64,000 nt of DNA. Origin: Berkelbacteria bacterium GW2011_GWE1_39_12 (GTDB lineage Bacteria; Patescibacteriota; UBA1384; UBA12157). The number at the start of each line of letters is the position of its first letter. The first letter of the stretch is position 1. The position numbers were made by a program, and so were the translations under genes. Positions 1-13,580 of this stretch are shown here, in pieces. The stretch lies in assembly GCA_001029735.1 (NCBI GenBank), contig CP011213.1, forward strand, positions 784,298 through 848,297, written 5' to 3'. The notes under the pieces were generated by a model. The model had not been told where the DNA came from and did no database searches. It saw nothing but the letters and a program-made list of their open reading frames with translations.

Positions 1-1278
<1,278 letters not shown>

Positions 1279-1285
1279 GATTAAA

Positions 1286-1504
1286 ATGGCTAATATTAAA
1301 CAACCAAAACCAAATCAATCAGAAAATAATGACGAAGAAATCTTAAAACCAAATGTTTTATTAGAAACTGAAAAAGAACATAAAGATTGGTATGACAGAA
1401 ATGCTGGCAAGATGCGCGGCAAGCCTCAAATGGTTAATAAAGAAATTAAGAAAGAAAAAGGTTCAGGCAAGCATTCTCTAAGGAAGGAAAAGCAAAATGG
1501 CTGA
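1286..1504 (+). CDS. hypothetical small Lys/Glu-rich protein (72 aa) between gyrB and gyrA
   Basis: ORF has an AAGGA RBS 6 nt upstream of the ATG. It is low-complexity and basic, has no recognisable domain, and overlaps the gyrA start by 8 nt. Confidence 0.25.
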   Translation: MANIKQPKPNQSENNDEEILKPNVLLETEKEHKDWYDRNAGKMRGKPQMVNKEIKKEKGSGKHSLRKEKQNG

Positions 1505-4500
1505 CGAACAAGATAAAACAAACGACGAAGAAATAACAGATGCAGACGAAAAAGCGGAAGAAGTAGAAACGGAAGATTCTGAAACTTCAGAACCAGTGGA
1601 CGTTTCTAACCTTTCAGAAGACGAATTAAATCCGGAAAAAATTGCAGAAGAAGAGGCCGTTTTTGATTTTGGCGCAGAGACAGATCCGGATGAAAAAACC
1701 GACTATGGTTTGATGCGCCCGCGTACCCTGGAAATCGAAATGCAGGAGTCGTATCTTTCCTATGCCATGACTGTTATTATTTCGCGTGCTTTGCCAGACG
1801 TTCGTGACGGCTTAAAACCAGTTCACCGTCGGGTTCTGTTTTCCATGCATGAATTAGGACTAAGTTCAAAAGCTAAATTCAGGAAATGTGCCACTGTGGT
1901 TGGAGACGTTTTGGGTAAGTATCATCCACATGGTGACGTTGCGGTTTATGACACTTTAGCTCGTATGGCTCAGGACTTTTCAATGCGTTACAGATTAGTC
2001 GATGGTCAAGGAAACTTTGGTTCGATTGACGGTGATTCTCCGGCTGCCATGCGTTACACTGAAGCCCGAATGGCATCGATGGCCGAAGAATTATTGACCG
2101 ATATTGAAAAGGATACGGTTGATTTTGTGCCGAACTATGATGGCACAAGACAAGAACCAAGAGTTTTACCTTCACGTGTGCCTAACCTCTTATTAAATGG
2201 AGCCATGGGTATTGCTGTGGGTATGGCGACCAATATTCCACCGCATAATCTAACCGAAATAATCGACGGCACTATTCACGTAATCGATAATCCTGAATGT
2301 ACTGTCGAAGACTTGATGCAATTTGTCAAAGGACCGGATTTTCCAACCGGTGCCGAAATCTATGGTTTGGAACAGATTAAGGCCGCTTATACCATGGGTA
2401 AGGGGAGTATTGTGATGCGAGCTGTGGCCAACATTGAAGAAGTAAAGCGCGGCGGTTTTCGTATTATTATTTCTGAAATTCCTTACCAGGTAAATAAAGC
2501 TGAGTTGATTTTGAAAATTGCCGATTTGGTTAAAGATAAAAGAATTGACGGCATTTCCGGACTTCGCGATGAATCTGACAGAACTGAAGGTGTCCGTATT
2601 GTTATCGATCTGAAATCATCGGCCTATCCAAAGAAAATTTTGAATCGCTTATATGATTTAACGCCAATGCAAACTGCCTTCCATGTTAATATGTTGGCAT
2701 TAATCGACGGCATTCAACCGCGTGTTTTAACCTTGAAAAACGTTTTGGAAGAATATGTTAAGCATCGTCAAAAAGTCATTCGCCGTCGGGTAGAATATGA
2801 TTTAAGAAAAGCCAAAGAGCGTGCTCATATTTTGGAAGGCTTGAGAATTGCCCTGGCTCGAATTGATGAAGTTATTACTGTAATTAAAAAGAGTGCCAAT
2901 CGTGAGGAAGCCTTAAAAGCTTTGGTGGAAAAATTTGAGTTAACTCTCATTCAAGGTGGCGCCATTTTGGATATGAGACTTTCCGCCTTGGCCGCTTTGG
3001 AAGTTAAAAAAATTGAAGATGAATATCAGGCCTTATTAAAATTCATTGGTGAATGCGAAACCATTTTGAGCGACGAAAAGAAAATCCTCGCTATTATTAA
3101 AAAAGAATTAATTGAAGTCCGCGATAAGTTTAAGAGCGAACGCAAGACCAAAATATTCGATCAAGAAATCGGTAAGTTCCGCGCCGAAGATTTAATTCCT
3201 TCAGAGCAGGTAATCGTGATGCTTTCAAAAGGAAATTACATCAAACGTATGCCGGTTTCAGCTTACCGTAGTCAAGTTCGTGGCGGTAAAGGTGTTATGG
3301 GTATGGAAACCAAAGAAGAAGATACCATCGAACATTTAGTGGCAGCCAATACTCACGACGATGTTTTGTTTTTTACCGATCGCGGCCGCTTATTCCAAGC
3401 CAAAGTTTATGATATCCCGTCGGCTTCGCGTATTTCCAAAGGTCAGGCATTGGTAAATATTTTACAAATGTCGCCGGATGAGAAAGTGACAGCTGTTATT
3501 ACTTTGGATGCCAAAAACGAAGCTTTGAAATACTTTGTCATGGCTACGGAAAAAGGCGTGATTAAAAAAACAGAAATCGAACTTTATAAAAATGTTCGAA
3601 AAACCGGTATTGTTGCTATTAAATTGGGTGCCGGTGATAAATTGAAGTGGGTAAAAACCACCTCAGGCACAGACAAGATTTTTATGGCTTCTAGCCGAGG
3701 CCAATCGATTCTATATAACGAAACAGATATCCGCCCAATGGGTCGCAGCGCCGCCGGTGTTCGTGGAATTTTACTGAAGGGTGAAGATAAAGCTGTTGGC
3801 ATCGATGTGATTTTACCAAGCCTGGAAGAAAAAGCATTCGTTTTGGTCGTTATGGAAAACGGGCTAGGTAAGCGCACCCCATTAACGCATTTTAAGGTTC
3901 AGCTCCGTGGTGGTATGGGAATTCGTGTGGCTGCGGTTACTGCCAGAACTGGTAAAGTTGTGGCTATGCATGTGGTTTATGGCGATAAAGTTGACGTCAT
4001 TTTAGCTACCAAGAATGGTCAGATGATTCGAATGCCAATGGATACAATTAAAATTTTAAGTCGAGATACACAAGGCGTTACGCTGGTAAAACTAAAGGAT
4101 AATGATAAAGTCGCTTCGGTTACGGTTGTAACAAAGAGTGCCGAGGAATTAGTTCAGCAAATTCCAGGAGAAGAAGCTGTTGTTCAAGTGCCGCAAAAAG
4201 AAGATCGTCCAGTTCAGGAAGTACCAAAGCTTCAAGAATTTGACACTAAGGCCGAAATTGAACGAGAAGCGGAAGAAATGAAACTACACTCCGATGTTGG
4301 TGAAGGGCCAGATGACGACGATTCTGGAGAATCGGGAACAGCTTCGGAAGAATCGGGAACAGCTGATGATAAAAATATAAAAGCTCAGAGTAAAAAAACT
4401 GCAGAAGGCGACAAAATTGTTAAAGATGAATATTCCAAGCAAGTTGAAGTAAAGAAAACTGATAAGTTGCCCGAGTGGGCTAAATCACACAAAGATACTT

Positions 4501-4667
4501 GGCGTGAACCTTCGGTAACCAAATTAGGGAAGACTAAAGTTCACGACTACAAGGAAGGTGATGTCCCAAACCCTGAAGATTTGAAAAAAAATCTGAAGAA
4601 GTCAGAACCAGAAGATCAGAATTATTGGGGTGCCAAAGGTGATAAAGGACAAGGCAATTTGTTCTAA
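1497..4667 (+). CDS. gyrA: DNA gyrase subunit A, with an unusual ~85-aa acidic N-terminal extension and a ~170-aa K/D/E-rich C-terminal tail
   Basis: Conserved GyrA core is present (YAMSVI-like motif, DGLKPVHRR, active-site region [11 protein letters not shown]-terminal beta-pinwheel repeats). Total length is 1056 aa versus a typical ~830 aa. Confidence 0.95.
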   Translation: MADEQDKTNDEEITDADEKAEEVETEDSETSEPVDVSNLSEDELNPEKIAEEEAVFDFGAETDPDEKTDYGLMRPRTLEIEMQESYLSYAMTVIISRALPDVRDGLKPVHRRVLFSMHELGLSSKAKFRKCATVVGDVLGKYHPHGDVAVYDTLARMAQDFSMRYRLVDGQGNFGSIDGDSPAAMRYTEARMASMAEELLTDIEKDTVDFVPNYDGTRQEPRVLPSRVPNLLLNGAMGIAVGMATNIPPHNLTEIIDGTIHVIDNPECTVEDLMQFVKGPDFPTGAEIYGLEQIKAAYTMGKGSIVMRAVANIEEVKRGGFRIIISEIPYQVNKAELILKIADLVKDKRIDGISGLRDESDRTEGVRIVIDLKSSAYPKKILNRLYDLTPMQTAFHVNMLALIDGIQPRVLTLKNVLEEYVKHRQKVIRRRVEYDLRKAKERAHILEGLRIALARIDEVITVIKKSANREEALKALVEKFELTLIQGGAILDMRLSALAALEVKKIEDEYQALLKFIGECETILSDEKKILAIIKKELIEVRDKFKSERKTKIFDQEIGKFRAEDLIPSEQVIVMLSKGNYIKRMPVSAYRSQVRGGKGVMGMETKEEDTIEHLVAANTHDDVLFFTDRGRLFQAKVYDIPSASRISKGQALVNILQMSPDEKVTAVITLDAKNEALKYFVMATEKGVIKKTEIELYKNVRKTGIVAIKLGAGDKLKWVKTTSGTDKIFMASSRGQSILYNETDIRPMGRSAAGVRGILLKGEDKAVGIDVILPSLEEKAFVLVVMENGLGKRTPLTHFKVQLRGGMGIRVAAVTARTGKVVAMHVVYGDKVDVILATKNGQMIRMPMDTIKILSRDTQGVTLVKLKDNDKVASVTVVTKSAEELVQQIPGEEAVVQVPQKEDRPVQEVPKLQEFDTKAEIEREAEEMKLHSDVGEGPDDDDSGESGTASEESGTADDKNIKAQSKKTAEGDKIVKDEYSKQVEVKKTDKLPEWAKSHKDTWREPSVTKLGKTKVHDYKEGDVPNPEDLKKNLKKSEPEDQNYWGAKGDKGQGNLF

Positions 4668-4768
4668 CAGATTTTATCGTCATTGCGAGCAAAGCGAAGC
4701 AATCTGAATCTGGTTATTTAAAAAAGAGGCAGGAGCTATTTTCTGGCCTCTTTGGGTTAAATCGGGGA

Positions 4769-5203
4769 TTATGATTCAGGTTCTATCATTTCTCCATTGA
4801 AGATGATTCTGCCTTCTTCTGTTAACTCCACCTTCTTCGCATGGGGGATAATGGAGTATGTGGAGATTTTTTCGAGACACGATTTTTCCTCGTCGGTAGG
4901 AAGATAGTTATCGTGAAAACCGAATTTGATTTCGTCTGTTTTTTCGATGTACTTTAACCCTACAAGTATCTTCTTTTCTGGATTTTCGCCGAGAAAGAAA
5001 CATCCGACCGAATCGTAATACATCTCGAAATCAATTCCGCACCAGGCTCCTTTGAGGAAGGTTGCTTTGGGTGAAGTTGTGATGGATTGGATTTGTTCCA
5101 TAGCTCTATCAAATCTTAAAGAACCTCCTCTTAGCCTCCTCACCAAATCCTCAAATCGTCGGAAAAGATGTCCTAGCTGCTCATCAGTGATAGCATTTGC
5201 CAT
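4769..5203 (-). CDS. hypothetical protein (GC-rich relative to neighbours)
   Basis: Minus-strand ORF. Start is placed at MANAITD because an AAGGAGG RBS lies 9 nt upstream. No recognisable domain. Confidence 0.45.
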   Translation of the reverse strand: MANAITDEQLGHLFRRFEDLVRRLRGGSLRFDRAMEQIQSITTSPKATFLKGAWCGIDFEMYYDSVGCFFLGENPEKKILVGLKYIEKTDEIKFGFHDNYLPTDEEKSCLEKISTYSIIPHAKKVELTEEGRIIFNGEMIEPES

Positions 5204-5450
5204 CTGGATAAGCCTCCTTAATACAATACTCACTGTCTCTGACTGTGGCGCCAAAAGTATAGCAAAAATTGCCCAATAGGTCAAGATATTAATTGATTTC
5301 TTCTTCCTTGCCTTTTACTCCTGAAAGATGTAGAATAGGGTCAGTATGGCAAGAAAGCAAGTTTCTTGCGCGGAAATTTTTTGACTATTTATATTTGAAT
5401 TGGAATAAAATTATGGCTAAATAGATTTAGCGCGGAAATTTTAAAAAATT

Positions 5451-7298
5451 ATGGCAAGAAAAATACACAAAATGAGTAAAAAAGAGGCGAAAGCGGATTC
5501 AAAACGCGTATCTTTTGTTACGCAACAAAATGAGAATCGCCAACAGGTTATACAGCAGACCGAAAATAAAGTGGTGGAAGCACCATCGGTTTTGAGTGTA
5601 CGCGAATTCGCCGAATTACTTAAAGTGCCTGTTACTGAAATTATTGGCGCGTTGGTAAAAAATGGCGTTATGGCGACTATCAACGAATCGATTGATTACG
5701 ATACCATGTCAATTATTGCCGACGGTTTAGGTTTTTCTTTAACTGAAAAAGCCGAAGAAGAAATTAAACTCGAAACCAAAAATACAAAAAAGCATTTAAC
5801 CACTCGTCCTCCGGTTGTCACGGTTATGGGACATGTTGATCACGGTAAAACCATGCTTTTGGATGCAATCCGCCACACCGACGTTATTTCAACAGAATCA
5901 GGTGGAATTACTCAGCATATTGGTGCTTACCAAGTTACAGTAAAACGTGAAAATAAAGAACGTACGCTCACATTTTTAGATACTCCAGGTCATGAGGCTT
6001 TTTCCGCGATGCGTGCTCATGGCGCCAATATTACCGATGTTGTCGTTTTGGTGGTGGCGGCCAACGATGGCGTAAAACCTCAAACCATTGAAGCTATCAA
6101 CCATGCCAAAGCGGCTTCTGTTCCAGTGGTTGTAGCAATTAATAAAATTGATTTACCGGACTCTGATATTGATCGAGTTAAAAGACAATTGGCTGACAAT
6201 GGGCTTCTTTCCGAAGAATGGGGCGGCGATGTGCCGATGGTCCCAGTTTCAGCGAAAAACAAAGAAAATATTGATGAAATAATTGATATGATTTTGTTGG
6301 TTGCAGATTTGAAAGAATTGAAAGCAGACGCGACCTTACCAGCCACTGGCGTGGTGATAGAATCACACATGCAAGCTGGCCGCGGTCCGATTGCTACAAT
6401 TCTAATTCAAGAAGGCACATTACATGCCCATGACGTCGTTGTGATTGGTTCGACATATGGCAAAGTTCGTATCATGGAAAACTATTTAGGTAAAAAGATT
6501 TCTGAAGCAACTCCTTCAATGCCAGTGAGAATTGCTGGTCTTCAAGAAGTGCCAAACTTTGGTGATCGTGTTTTAGCAGTGGCAGACGAAAAAGAAGCCA
6601 AAGAATTAACCAAAGTAAAATCTATCAAACGAAAAGTTTTGTCGATTGGTGAGCTATCCCGTGATATTAAAGCTGGCAAAATTAAAGAATTAAAATTGAT
6701 TTTGAAAGCTGATGTCGCTGGATCTTTGGAAGCCATAAAAAAATCACTTAATGAAATTTCTAACGAAGAAGTAAAAATAAACGTTTTACATGAAGGTGTC
6801 GGCGATATTACTGAATCTGATGTAAACATGGCCTTGGCCTCCGAAGCGTTAGTAATTGGCTTTCGTGTCAAAGCATCGAGTGATGTGATGAATTTGGCGC
6901 GTCGAGAAAATGTTAAAATCAGTATTTATGATATTATCTATCAATTATTAGACGACTTAACCGCCGCTCTTTCAGGCTTATTAGAACCTGAAATCGTGGA
7001 AACTGAAATTGGCCGCATGAAAATTCTGGCTATCTTCAAGGTTCACCGCAACGAAAAAATTGTTGGCGGTAAGGTTACATCGGGTAAAATTGAAAATAAT
7101 TGTGAAGTTAAAATCGTTCGCGATAAAGAAACTATTGGAGAAGGAAAAATTGTTTCTTTGCAGCAAAATATGAAAGACGCTCGCGAAGTACTCGAAAACT
7201 TTGAGTGTGGTCTTAAAGTTGAGACCGAAATTAAACTCGCCGAAGATGATTCTCTTGAATGCTACAGAAAAGAAGAGCGAGTCCGTAGACTGTGCTAA
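5451..7298 (+). CDS. infB: translation initiation factor IF-2
   Basis: G-domain motifs [13 protein letters not shown] and NKID are present, followed by the IF2 beta-barrel domains. No nusA lies upstream. Confidence 0.95.
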   Translation: MARKIHKMSKKEAKADSKRVSFVTQQNENRQQVIQQTENKVVEAPSVLSVREFAELLKVPVTEIIGALVKNGVMATINESIDYDTMSIIADGLGFSLTEKAEEEIKLETKNTKKHLTTRPPVVTVMGHVDHGKTMLLDAIRHTDVISTESGGITQHIGAYQVTVKRENKERTLTFLDTPGHEAFSAMRAHGANITDVVVLVVAANDGVKPQTIEAINHAKAASVPVVVAINKIDLPDSDIDRVKRQLADNGLLSEEWGGDVPMVPVSAKNKENIDEIIDMILLVADLKELKADATLPATGVVIESHMQAGRGPIATILIQEGTLHAHDVVVIGSTYGKVRIMENYLGKKISEATPSMPVRIAGLQEVPNFGDRVLAVADEKEAKELTKVKSIKRKVLSIGELSRDIKAGKIKELKLILKADVAGSLEAIKKSLNEISNEEVKINVLHEGVGDITESDVNMALASEALVIGFRVKASSDVMNLARRENVKISIYDIIYQLLDDLTAALSGLLEPEIVETEIGRMKILAIFKVHRNEKIVGGKVTSGKIENNCEVKIVRDKETIGEGKIVSLQQNMKDAREVLENFECGLKVETEIKLAEDDSLECYRKEERVRRLC

Positions 7299-7359
7299 AA
7301 TATTTTTTGATCTAATAAAAAAGCTCCGATCTTGAAAACCGAAGCTTGATTTGGCGTGT

Positions 7360-7749
7360 TTAGTTTGATATTGCCGGATGTTCCAAGTCCCATTGGAGTA
7401 GCTTGGACTCGAATCGGCTGGCGACCTTGACGACGAACTTTCTGGTGACTCTCGCCCAAAGAGCGTCTCTGACCTCTTTTTCAGTTTCGCAATGCTCCGT
7501 GATGACTTTTTGAATAGCATTTTGAGCTGAATCTACTGTCACATTTACAGAATCCGACGGCACAAAACCGATTGTCTTGATAAGCTCGATGGCTAAATCG
7601 GATGTCAACCGATCGGTCATCTCATCGGTGCCGTCAGAAGCATCTAGTATGATCTGATCTGCTATCTCCACGGCTTTTCTGACTGTTTCCTGCCTTTCAT
7701 ACCCTATTCGCATTTGTGTATCTCGGTCTATCATTATACCCTCCGTCAT
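7360..7749 (-). CDS. hypothetical protein (GC-rich)
   Basis: Minus-strand ORF of 129 aa. An alternative start at MIDRD (7734) is preceded by GGAGGG. No recognisable domain. Confidence 0.35.
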   Translation of the reverse strand: MTEGIMIDRDTQMRIGYERQETVRKAVEIADQIILDASDGTDEMTDRLTSDLAIELIKTIGFVPSDSVNVTVDSAQNAIQKVITEHCETEKEVRDALWARVTRKFVVKVASRFESKLLQWDLEHPAISN

Positions 7750-7843
7750 CTGATTCGAAAATCTTCACTGTGATTTTACGCTTATTCACTCAAAAAGTCA
7801 AGACAAAAACACTGGTGAGATTTGTCTTAAAATGATTTTAGAA

Positions 7844-8770
7844 CTATTGTTTAATACAAGTATTGTATTTATCGACTTGAGTATTGTATGTATCACTTTC
7901 GGTTTGTATTTCTTTTGACAAACTGTCGGCTTGTGCTTGGAGGTCTTTTGCTTTTGCAGTGTCAGCGTCGGCTGTTTCACGAAGCGTTGTACCTTCATCC
8001 CAATATGGTTGTGCTTGAGTTTTGTCTTCTGTTTGAGTATATATTTCATTGCCTTGTTTTATCTTATCGTTTGCTTGGGCATTCATATTTGACGCTTCGG
8101 CGTAAAGAGCGTTTATTTGACTAGCCAAACTTTCATATATATTTTTTTTGTCATTGATATCTTGAAGGATGTTTGAATTGGGGCTCTTGCAATTTGGCAG
8201 GGGCTTACCGAATTCTTGAACTGCAAGCCAGGTCTTACCTCTATTCTCAAAGGTATCTAAACCGGTATAAATACCGATTTCCGTATACTCATTATTTAAT
8301 ATATTTGCCCTATGCCCAGGACTCGCCATCCAGGCATCCACCAAATCTTTTTCATCTTTAAAATCGCCCAAGGCCAAATTTTCGCCAGTGGTTTTGTAAT
8401 TGTAGCCGGTAGCGCTAACCAAATCGGAAGGGGAAACACCGGTAGGGGAAACATGCTCAAAATATTGATTGGTAAACATGTCATCGGTTTTTTTCTGAGC
8501 GGCAGTTACTAAAACAGTATTTGTTTTTAAGGCTAGTAAATTTTCGTCGGCGCGATATTTATTGGTCCAATCTAATACTTTGATGGGATCAAGTGTCTTA
8601 GCTTTTTCTGTGGTTTTTGGGCCAAAAAGTTGGCCTGGGAGACCAGTTGTTATTTTAGATGTACTTGTCTTAGAAAAATATTTTTTGTAAACAAAGTAAC
8701 TAGCCGTGCAAAACCCGCCTAAAATAATAACAATTAAGATAGTTAATAATATCTTTTTATTCAATTCCAT
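7844..8770 (-). CDS. CAP/SCP (YkwD-like) domain protein with an N-terminal TM anchor and a C-terminal coiled-coil, Q/K/D-rich extension
   Basis: N-terminal hydrophobic helix. The middle region has CAP-family signatures (HSQDM-like FTNQYFEHVSP, GENLALG, SPGHRANIL). The C-terminal ~120 aa is low-complexity and coiled-coil-like. Confidence 0.6.
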   Translation of the reverse strand: MELNKKILLTILIVIILGGFCTASYFVYKKYFSKTSTSKITTGLPGQLFGPKTTEKAKTLDPIKVLDWTNKYRADENLLALKTNTVLVTAAQKKTDDMFTNQYFEHVSPTGVSPSDLVSATGYNYKTTGENLALGDFKDEKDLVDAWMASPGHRANILNNEYTEIGIYTGLDTFENRGKTWLAVQEFGKPLPNCKSPNSNILQDINDKKNIYESLASQINALYAEASNMNAQANDKIKQGNEIYTQTEDKTQAQPYWDEGTTLRETADADTAKAKDLQAQADSLSKEIQTESDTYNTQVDKYNTCIKQ

Positions 8771-8878
8771 AATTTGCTTTGCAAATTTCCGCGAATTATT
8801 ATATTAATTCTATTTTACCAAAAATTTGGTTTCTTTTTTAGAACTAAAGCGGTATACTTTATATATATTAGGAGTATT

Positions 8879-9724
8879 TTGACTCAAACAGCGACTGAAC
8901 AAGCGATTTCACAAGTTCTTGGCGCTTCAGATAGGGCCAATTTTTTCGTAACTCAATTTAATTTTCGTGATCATCCCTACGAAATTTTAGATATTTTATT
9001 AGTAGCTATTCTCTTTTATTGGATCTATCTATTGCTAAAAGAAACCCGGGCAATGAGAATCCTATACGGTATTGCCATCCTTGCCATAATCATGCTTTTA
9101 GGCCGAATTTTGCAATTGGCAGCTCTGAATTTTATTTTAACTTATGTATTAGCGGGTTTAGTTGTGGCTATTCCGGTCTTATTCCAGCCTGAGCTAAGAG
9201 CCGCCTTAGAACGTCTTGGCAGGCCTCGATTTAACACCGGTGGGCTAAAACAGAATAAATTAAACCAAGTTGTGACAGAAGTGGTTGCCGCTGTTTCAGC
9301 ACTTTCGGAAAAAAGACAGGGCGGTATTTTTGTGATGGCGCGTCAAACTGGATTGCGCGATGTCATTTCTTCCGGCGTTCTTATTAATGCGGAAGTGACT
9401 AGACAATTATTAGTTAATATTTTTGCGCCAAAGACGCCTTTGCATGACGGCGCGGTTATTATTACTGCGGATAAAATCACTGCGGCTAATTGTTGGTTAC
9501 CATTACCACAGCAAGAATTTAAATTAGATTTAGGAACAAGACACCGAGCCGCCGCCGGTATAACGGCCGAAACAGATGCCATTGTGGTAGTAGTTTCGGA
9601 AGAAACTGGCCGTATTTCGTTGGCGGTCAGCGGAAACTTAACCGTAGGCCTTTCCCCTCAGCAACTGGGAGAATTTTTAGAAGGGCTGCTTTCGCATAGG
9701 ATGGAAGGGATAACAACAGGGTGA
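8879..9724 (+). CDS. cdaA: diadenylate cyclase CdaA (DisA_N domain, membrane-anchored)
   Basis: Three N-terminal TM helices are followed by DAC-domain motifs (TPLHDGAVII, DLGTRHRAA). A TTG start is chosen because AGGAG lies 4 nt upstream, although the ORF is open from 8774. cdaR lies downstream. Confidence 0.8.
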   Translation: MTQTATEQAISQVLGASDRANFFVTQFNFRDHPYEILDILLVAILFYWIYLLLKETRAMRILYGIAILAIIMLLGRILQLAALNFILTYVLAGLVVAIPVLFQPELRAALERLGRPRFNTGGLKQNKLNQVVTEVVAAVSALSEKRQGGIFVMARQTGLRDVISSGVLINAEVTRQLLVNIFAPKTPLHDGAVIITADKITAANCWLPLPQQEFKLDLGTRHRAAAGITAETDAIVVVVSEETGRISLAVSGNLTVGLSPQQLGEFLEGLLSHRMEGITTG

Positions 9725-10941
9725 AAAATTTTCTTCAAAAAATATTTGGCAATTTTTGGGCAAAAATTTTCTGCCTTATTTTGGCTGGTGCCCTTTGGCT
9801 TTATGTTGGCGTTGGCCAAACTAAAAGCAGCACTTTCCCTGGCGGCGTGCCACTGCAATTAAGAAATGTGCCACAGGGCTTGGTGCCGGTTACCGATGTT
9901 GATAAAGTGAAGGTTGATGTGGTTACTCAAAATGATGTCTTTAATAGTCTAAATGCAGATTCTTTTTCCGCCTATTTAGATTTGACGGGTCTTTCAGTTG
10001 GCACATACGATGTGAAGGTGACTATTGTGACTGCCGTAGCCAATGTTCAAATTGTTGAAACAAATCCTTCGACTGTAACCATTAGATTAGAACCTAAGGT
10101 CGAAAAAGAAGTTCAAATTAGCTGTTTGTTCGATGGTCAGGCCGGGACAGGCATGGCACCAGGCCAATGCGGTTTTGAGCCGAGTACTGTTAAAATATCC
10201 GGTGCAAGAAGTGTGGTTAACTCAATAACCGAAACAACGGCAAAAATCCATCTCCAAAATGAAACAGCTGATTTTAAAAAGTCTGTCAGTCTCGTTAGTA
10301 TTGATGCTCGTGGCAATGAAATTAAGAATCTAACCTTCTCTCCAGCCGAGGTTATGGTTACGGTTCCGATTGTGAAAGCCAGTAACATCAAAACTGTGGG
10401 TATAAAAGTTAACACTTCGGGAATCCCTGCCGACGGATATTGGGTCTCCAAAATTGAGTCATCTCCTTCAACTATTACCATTAACGCGGCGGATAACATT
10501 ATTAGTAGCATTAGTTATATCGAAACAGAGCCGATTGATGTAAATAACATCAGCAAAAATAAAACTGTTGAAGTCTCGCTAAAACCGTCTTCGGGAGTCA
10601 GTATTTTAGATAAAATCGATAAAGTGAAGGTAACCTTAACTATTAGCAAGAATCAGTCAACGAGAGAGGTGAATGCCGGCTTTAAATGGCTAAATCTTGC
10701 CGATAATCTAAAAGTGACCTCGGCTGATCCAAGTTCGGTTAAGATTGTGGCTGCCGGCTCACAAGATCAATTAAATAATCTCAACTCAGGTGACATTCTT
10801 GTTCAGGTTGATTTAACTGGCTTTGACGCTCCTGGTACTTATTCTGTTGATATTAGTCGAGCGAATATTTCTGGACCGACAGGTGTCTCAGTTTCGTCGA
10901 TTGTGCCGTCGGCGATCAATATAAGGTTGGATACTAAATAG
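9721..10941 (+). CDS. cdaR: CdaA regulatory protein CdaR (YbbR-like repeat protein)
   Basis: N-terminal TM is followed by repeated ~90-aa YbbR-type beta-domains. It overlaps the cdaA stop by 4 nt, which is the canonical cdaA-cdaR arrangement. Confidence 0.7.
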   Translation: MKNFLQKIFGNFWAKIFCLILAGALWLYVGVGQTKSSTFPGGVPLQLRNVPQGLVPVTDVDKVKVDVVTQNDVFNSLNADSFSAYLDLTGLSVGTYDVKVTIVTAVANVQIVETNPSTVTIRLEPKVEKEVQISCLFDGQAGTGMAPGQCGFEPSTVKISGARSVVNSITETTAKIHLQNETADFKKSVSLVSIDARGNEIKNLTFSPAEVMVTVPIVKASNIKTVGIKVNTSGIPADGYWVSKIESSPSTITINAADNIISSISYIETEPIDVNNISKNKTVEVSLKPSSGVSILDKIDKVKVTLTISKNQSTREVNAGFKWLNLADNLKVTSADPSSVKIVAAGSQDQLNNLNSGDILVQVDLTGFDAPGTYSVDISRANISGPTGVSVSSIVPSAINIRLDTK

Positions 10942-10989
10942 TCCTTGCATCTTCTGGCGCTTTTGCTAATGTAGAAAGTGCCTTTTTAA

Positions 10990-11958
10990 ATGGAGGATAA
11001 GATACTAAATCAAGTCGTGCCTTTTGCTAAAAAAACATATGGAAAGTTAGAGCTCATACAGAAAAAACTCAAAAATCGCACTCCGGATGGTGTCAAAAAT
11101 TTTGTTGGTAAATTCATTTTGCCTTATATGGCAATATTTTTAATTGGGGGTTTTGTCTTGGCAGCGAATTTTGCACATGCAGCAGAAAATACGAACTTTA
11201 TGGTTTCAGATGAAGTGATGGATCTTGAACCGGCAGAAGTTGCAAATGTTGTAAATTCGGTTTCGACCTACACACCAATAGTCCAAGCTGATCCGATTCA
11301 GGTGGCGCTTGCAATGCAAAATAATGATTTTGTTGAAAAACCAAAAGATGTCTTTGAAACGGTCATCACGGAGCAGCCAAAAGAAGTTACTGCTCCTGTG
11401 GTTAGAAAATCGACAACAAATTATGTTGTCAAAGACGGCGACACTTTGTCTAGCATTGGCTGGACTTATGGATTAAAAATTGCTACAATAAAGGCTACCA
11501 ATAATTTGACAAGTGATTCAATCAAACCCGGTCAGACATTAAAGCTGCCGACGGCGGATTTATCACCTGCAGCAATTAAGTTAGCTGCCGATAAAGCATC
11601 AAAGAAGAAGGTAGCTGGTGCCAAGACTGTTAATCGCGCACCAGGATCGTCGAATAACGCCTATCCATATGGCTGGTGTACCTATTACGTGGCTACCAGA
11701 CGATACGTACCGGCACATTGGGGTGATGCTAAGTCATGGTTGTCGTCGGCACAGCGTGCAGGTTATTCAACGGGGAGAGAGCCAGCAGCGGGCGCCATTG
11801 TCGTCACGACAGAGTCTTGGTGGGGACATGTCGCTTATGTCGAATCTGTCCACGGGGATTCGATTACCATTTCAGAAATGAATGCGGTTGGTTGGGGTAT
11901 TAAAAGCTCCAGAGTTCTTTCTGCGCATGCATCAAAAATAAGAGGATATATATATTAA
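10990..11958 (+). CDS. LysM + CHAP domain peptidoglycan hydrolase (membrane-anchored)
   Basis: TM helix, a LysM motif (YVVKDGDTLSSIGWTYGLKIATIKATNNL) and a C-terminal CHAP domain with Cys (YGWCTYYV) and His (GHVAYVESV). Confidence 0.7.
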   Translation: MEDKILNQVVPFAKKTYGKLELIQKKLKNRTPDGVKNFVGKFILPYMAIFLIGGFVLAANFAHAAENTNFMVSDEVMDLEPAEVANVVNSVSTYTPIVQADPIQVALAMQNNDFVEKPKDVFETVITEQPKEVTAPVVRKSTTNYVVKDGDTLSSIGWTYGLKIATIKATNNLTSDSIKPGQTLKLPTADLSPAAIKLAADKASKKKVAGAKTVNRAPGSSNNAYPYGWCTYYVATRRYVPAHWGDAKSWLSSAQRAGYSTGREPAAGAIVVTTESWWGHVAYVESVHGDSITISEMNAVGWGIKSSRVLSAHASKIRGYIY

Positions 11959-12957
<999 letters not shown>

Positions 12958-12995
12958 TAAAAAATAAAAAACCCAACCGTAAGGTTGGATTATAT

Positions 12996-13580
12996 CTAGA
13001 TGACCAGTATCGGTTGCCACTGGTTAGGTTTTGCTGTGAGGATGTCTTTGTTGAACGATTCGATAGCCAGCTCAATCATAATCTCATGGGGAAAAGGTGC
13101 ATCGGAAAACTTCTCGCCGAGGTAGCGCAGTAGGTACCAAAGCTGTTCGTAATTCTTCGGGCAATCGAACTTGTAGCCCGCCTTGTTGTCATACAGGCTT
13201 TTCTCGCCATAAAACGATGAAAAACGGATGATCGTCTTAGGCATCTCGGATAGTCTTTCGGACATAAGAAGAATCACCTTCTCGACGAGCGGGTTTTGTC
13301 CGGCAACAAGAATTGTGTAAGGTTCTCGACAGTACAGGCTCCTAATCGTCCGTCCGATAACTAACGCTTCATAGTCGTTATGGTTGGCAATCCCTGGCGG
13401 AAAACCACTATAACTATCATGGCCGATGTCCCAGGTTTCCACGAGATGTCCAGGTCCAAAAAGCTCTTCTCCCCGGACAACTTTCCCTGGTCTTGACTGG
13501 ATTGCGCTCATGATTTTCCAATCTGGGTGAACCGCACTATCAATATCTCCACAATGAAGAACCAATGTTCTCAAGCCCAT
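12996..13580 (-). CDS. hypothetical protein (GC-rich, possibly phosphoesterase-like)
   Basis: AAGGAGG RBS lies 6 nt upstream of the ATG. LVLHCGDIDS is weakly reminiscent of metallophosphoesterase motif I. No confident family assignment. Confidence 0.45.
   Translation of the reverse strand: MGLRTLVLHCGDIDSAVHPDWKIMSAIQSRPGKVVRGEELFGPGHLVETWDIGHDSYSGFPPGIANHNDYEALVIGRTIRSLYCREPYTILVAGQNPLVEKVILLMSERLSEMPKTIIRFSSFYGEKSLYDNKAGYKFDCPKNYEQLWYLLRYLGEKFSDAPFPHEIMIELAIESFNKDILTAKPNQWQPILVI

Noticed and set aside
5052-5279. 75-aa plus-strand ORF overlapping the minus-strand gene 4769-5203
   Set aside because: It is antisense to a gene with a strong AAGGAGG RBS, its composition is Ser/Leu/Cys-rich and atypical, and it has no start context.
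8761-8800. Apparent 2-nt discrepancy between the printed sequence and the ORF-track coordinates around the CAP-gene/cdaA junction
   Set aside because: Cross-checking downstream anchors (ATG at 9053, stop at 9724) shows the ORF-track coordinates are self-consistent. The discrepancy is most likely my mis-segmentation of one printed line, so it is not reported as a frameshift, but short-motif coordinates here may be off by about 2 nt.
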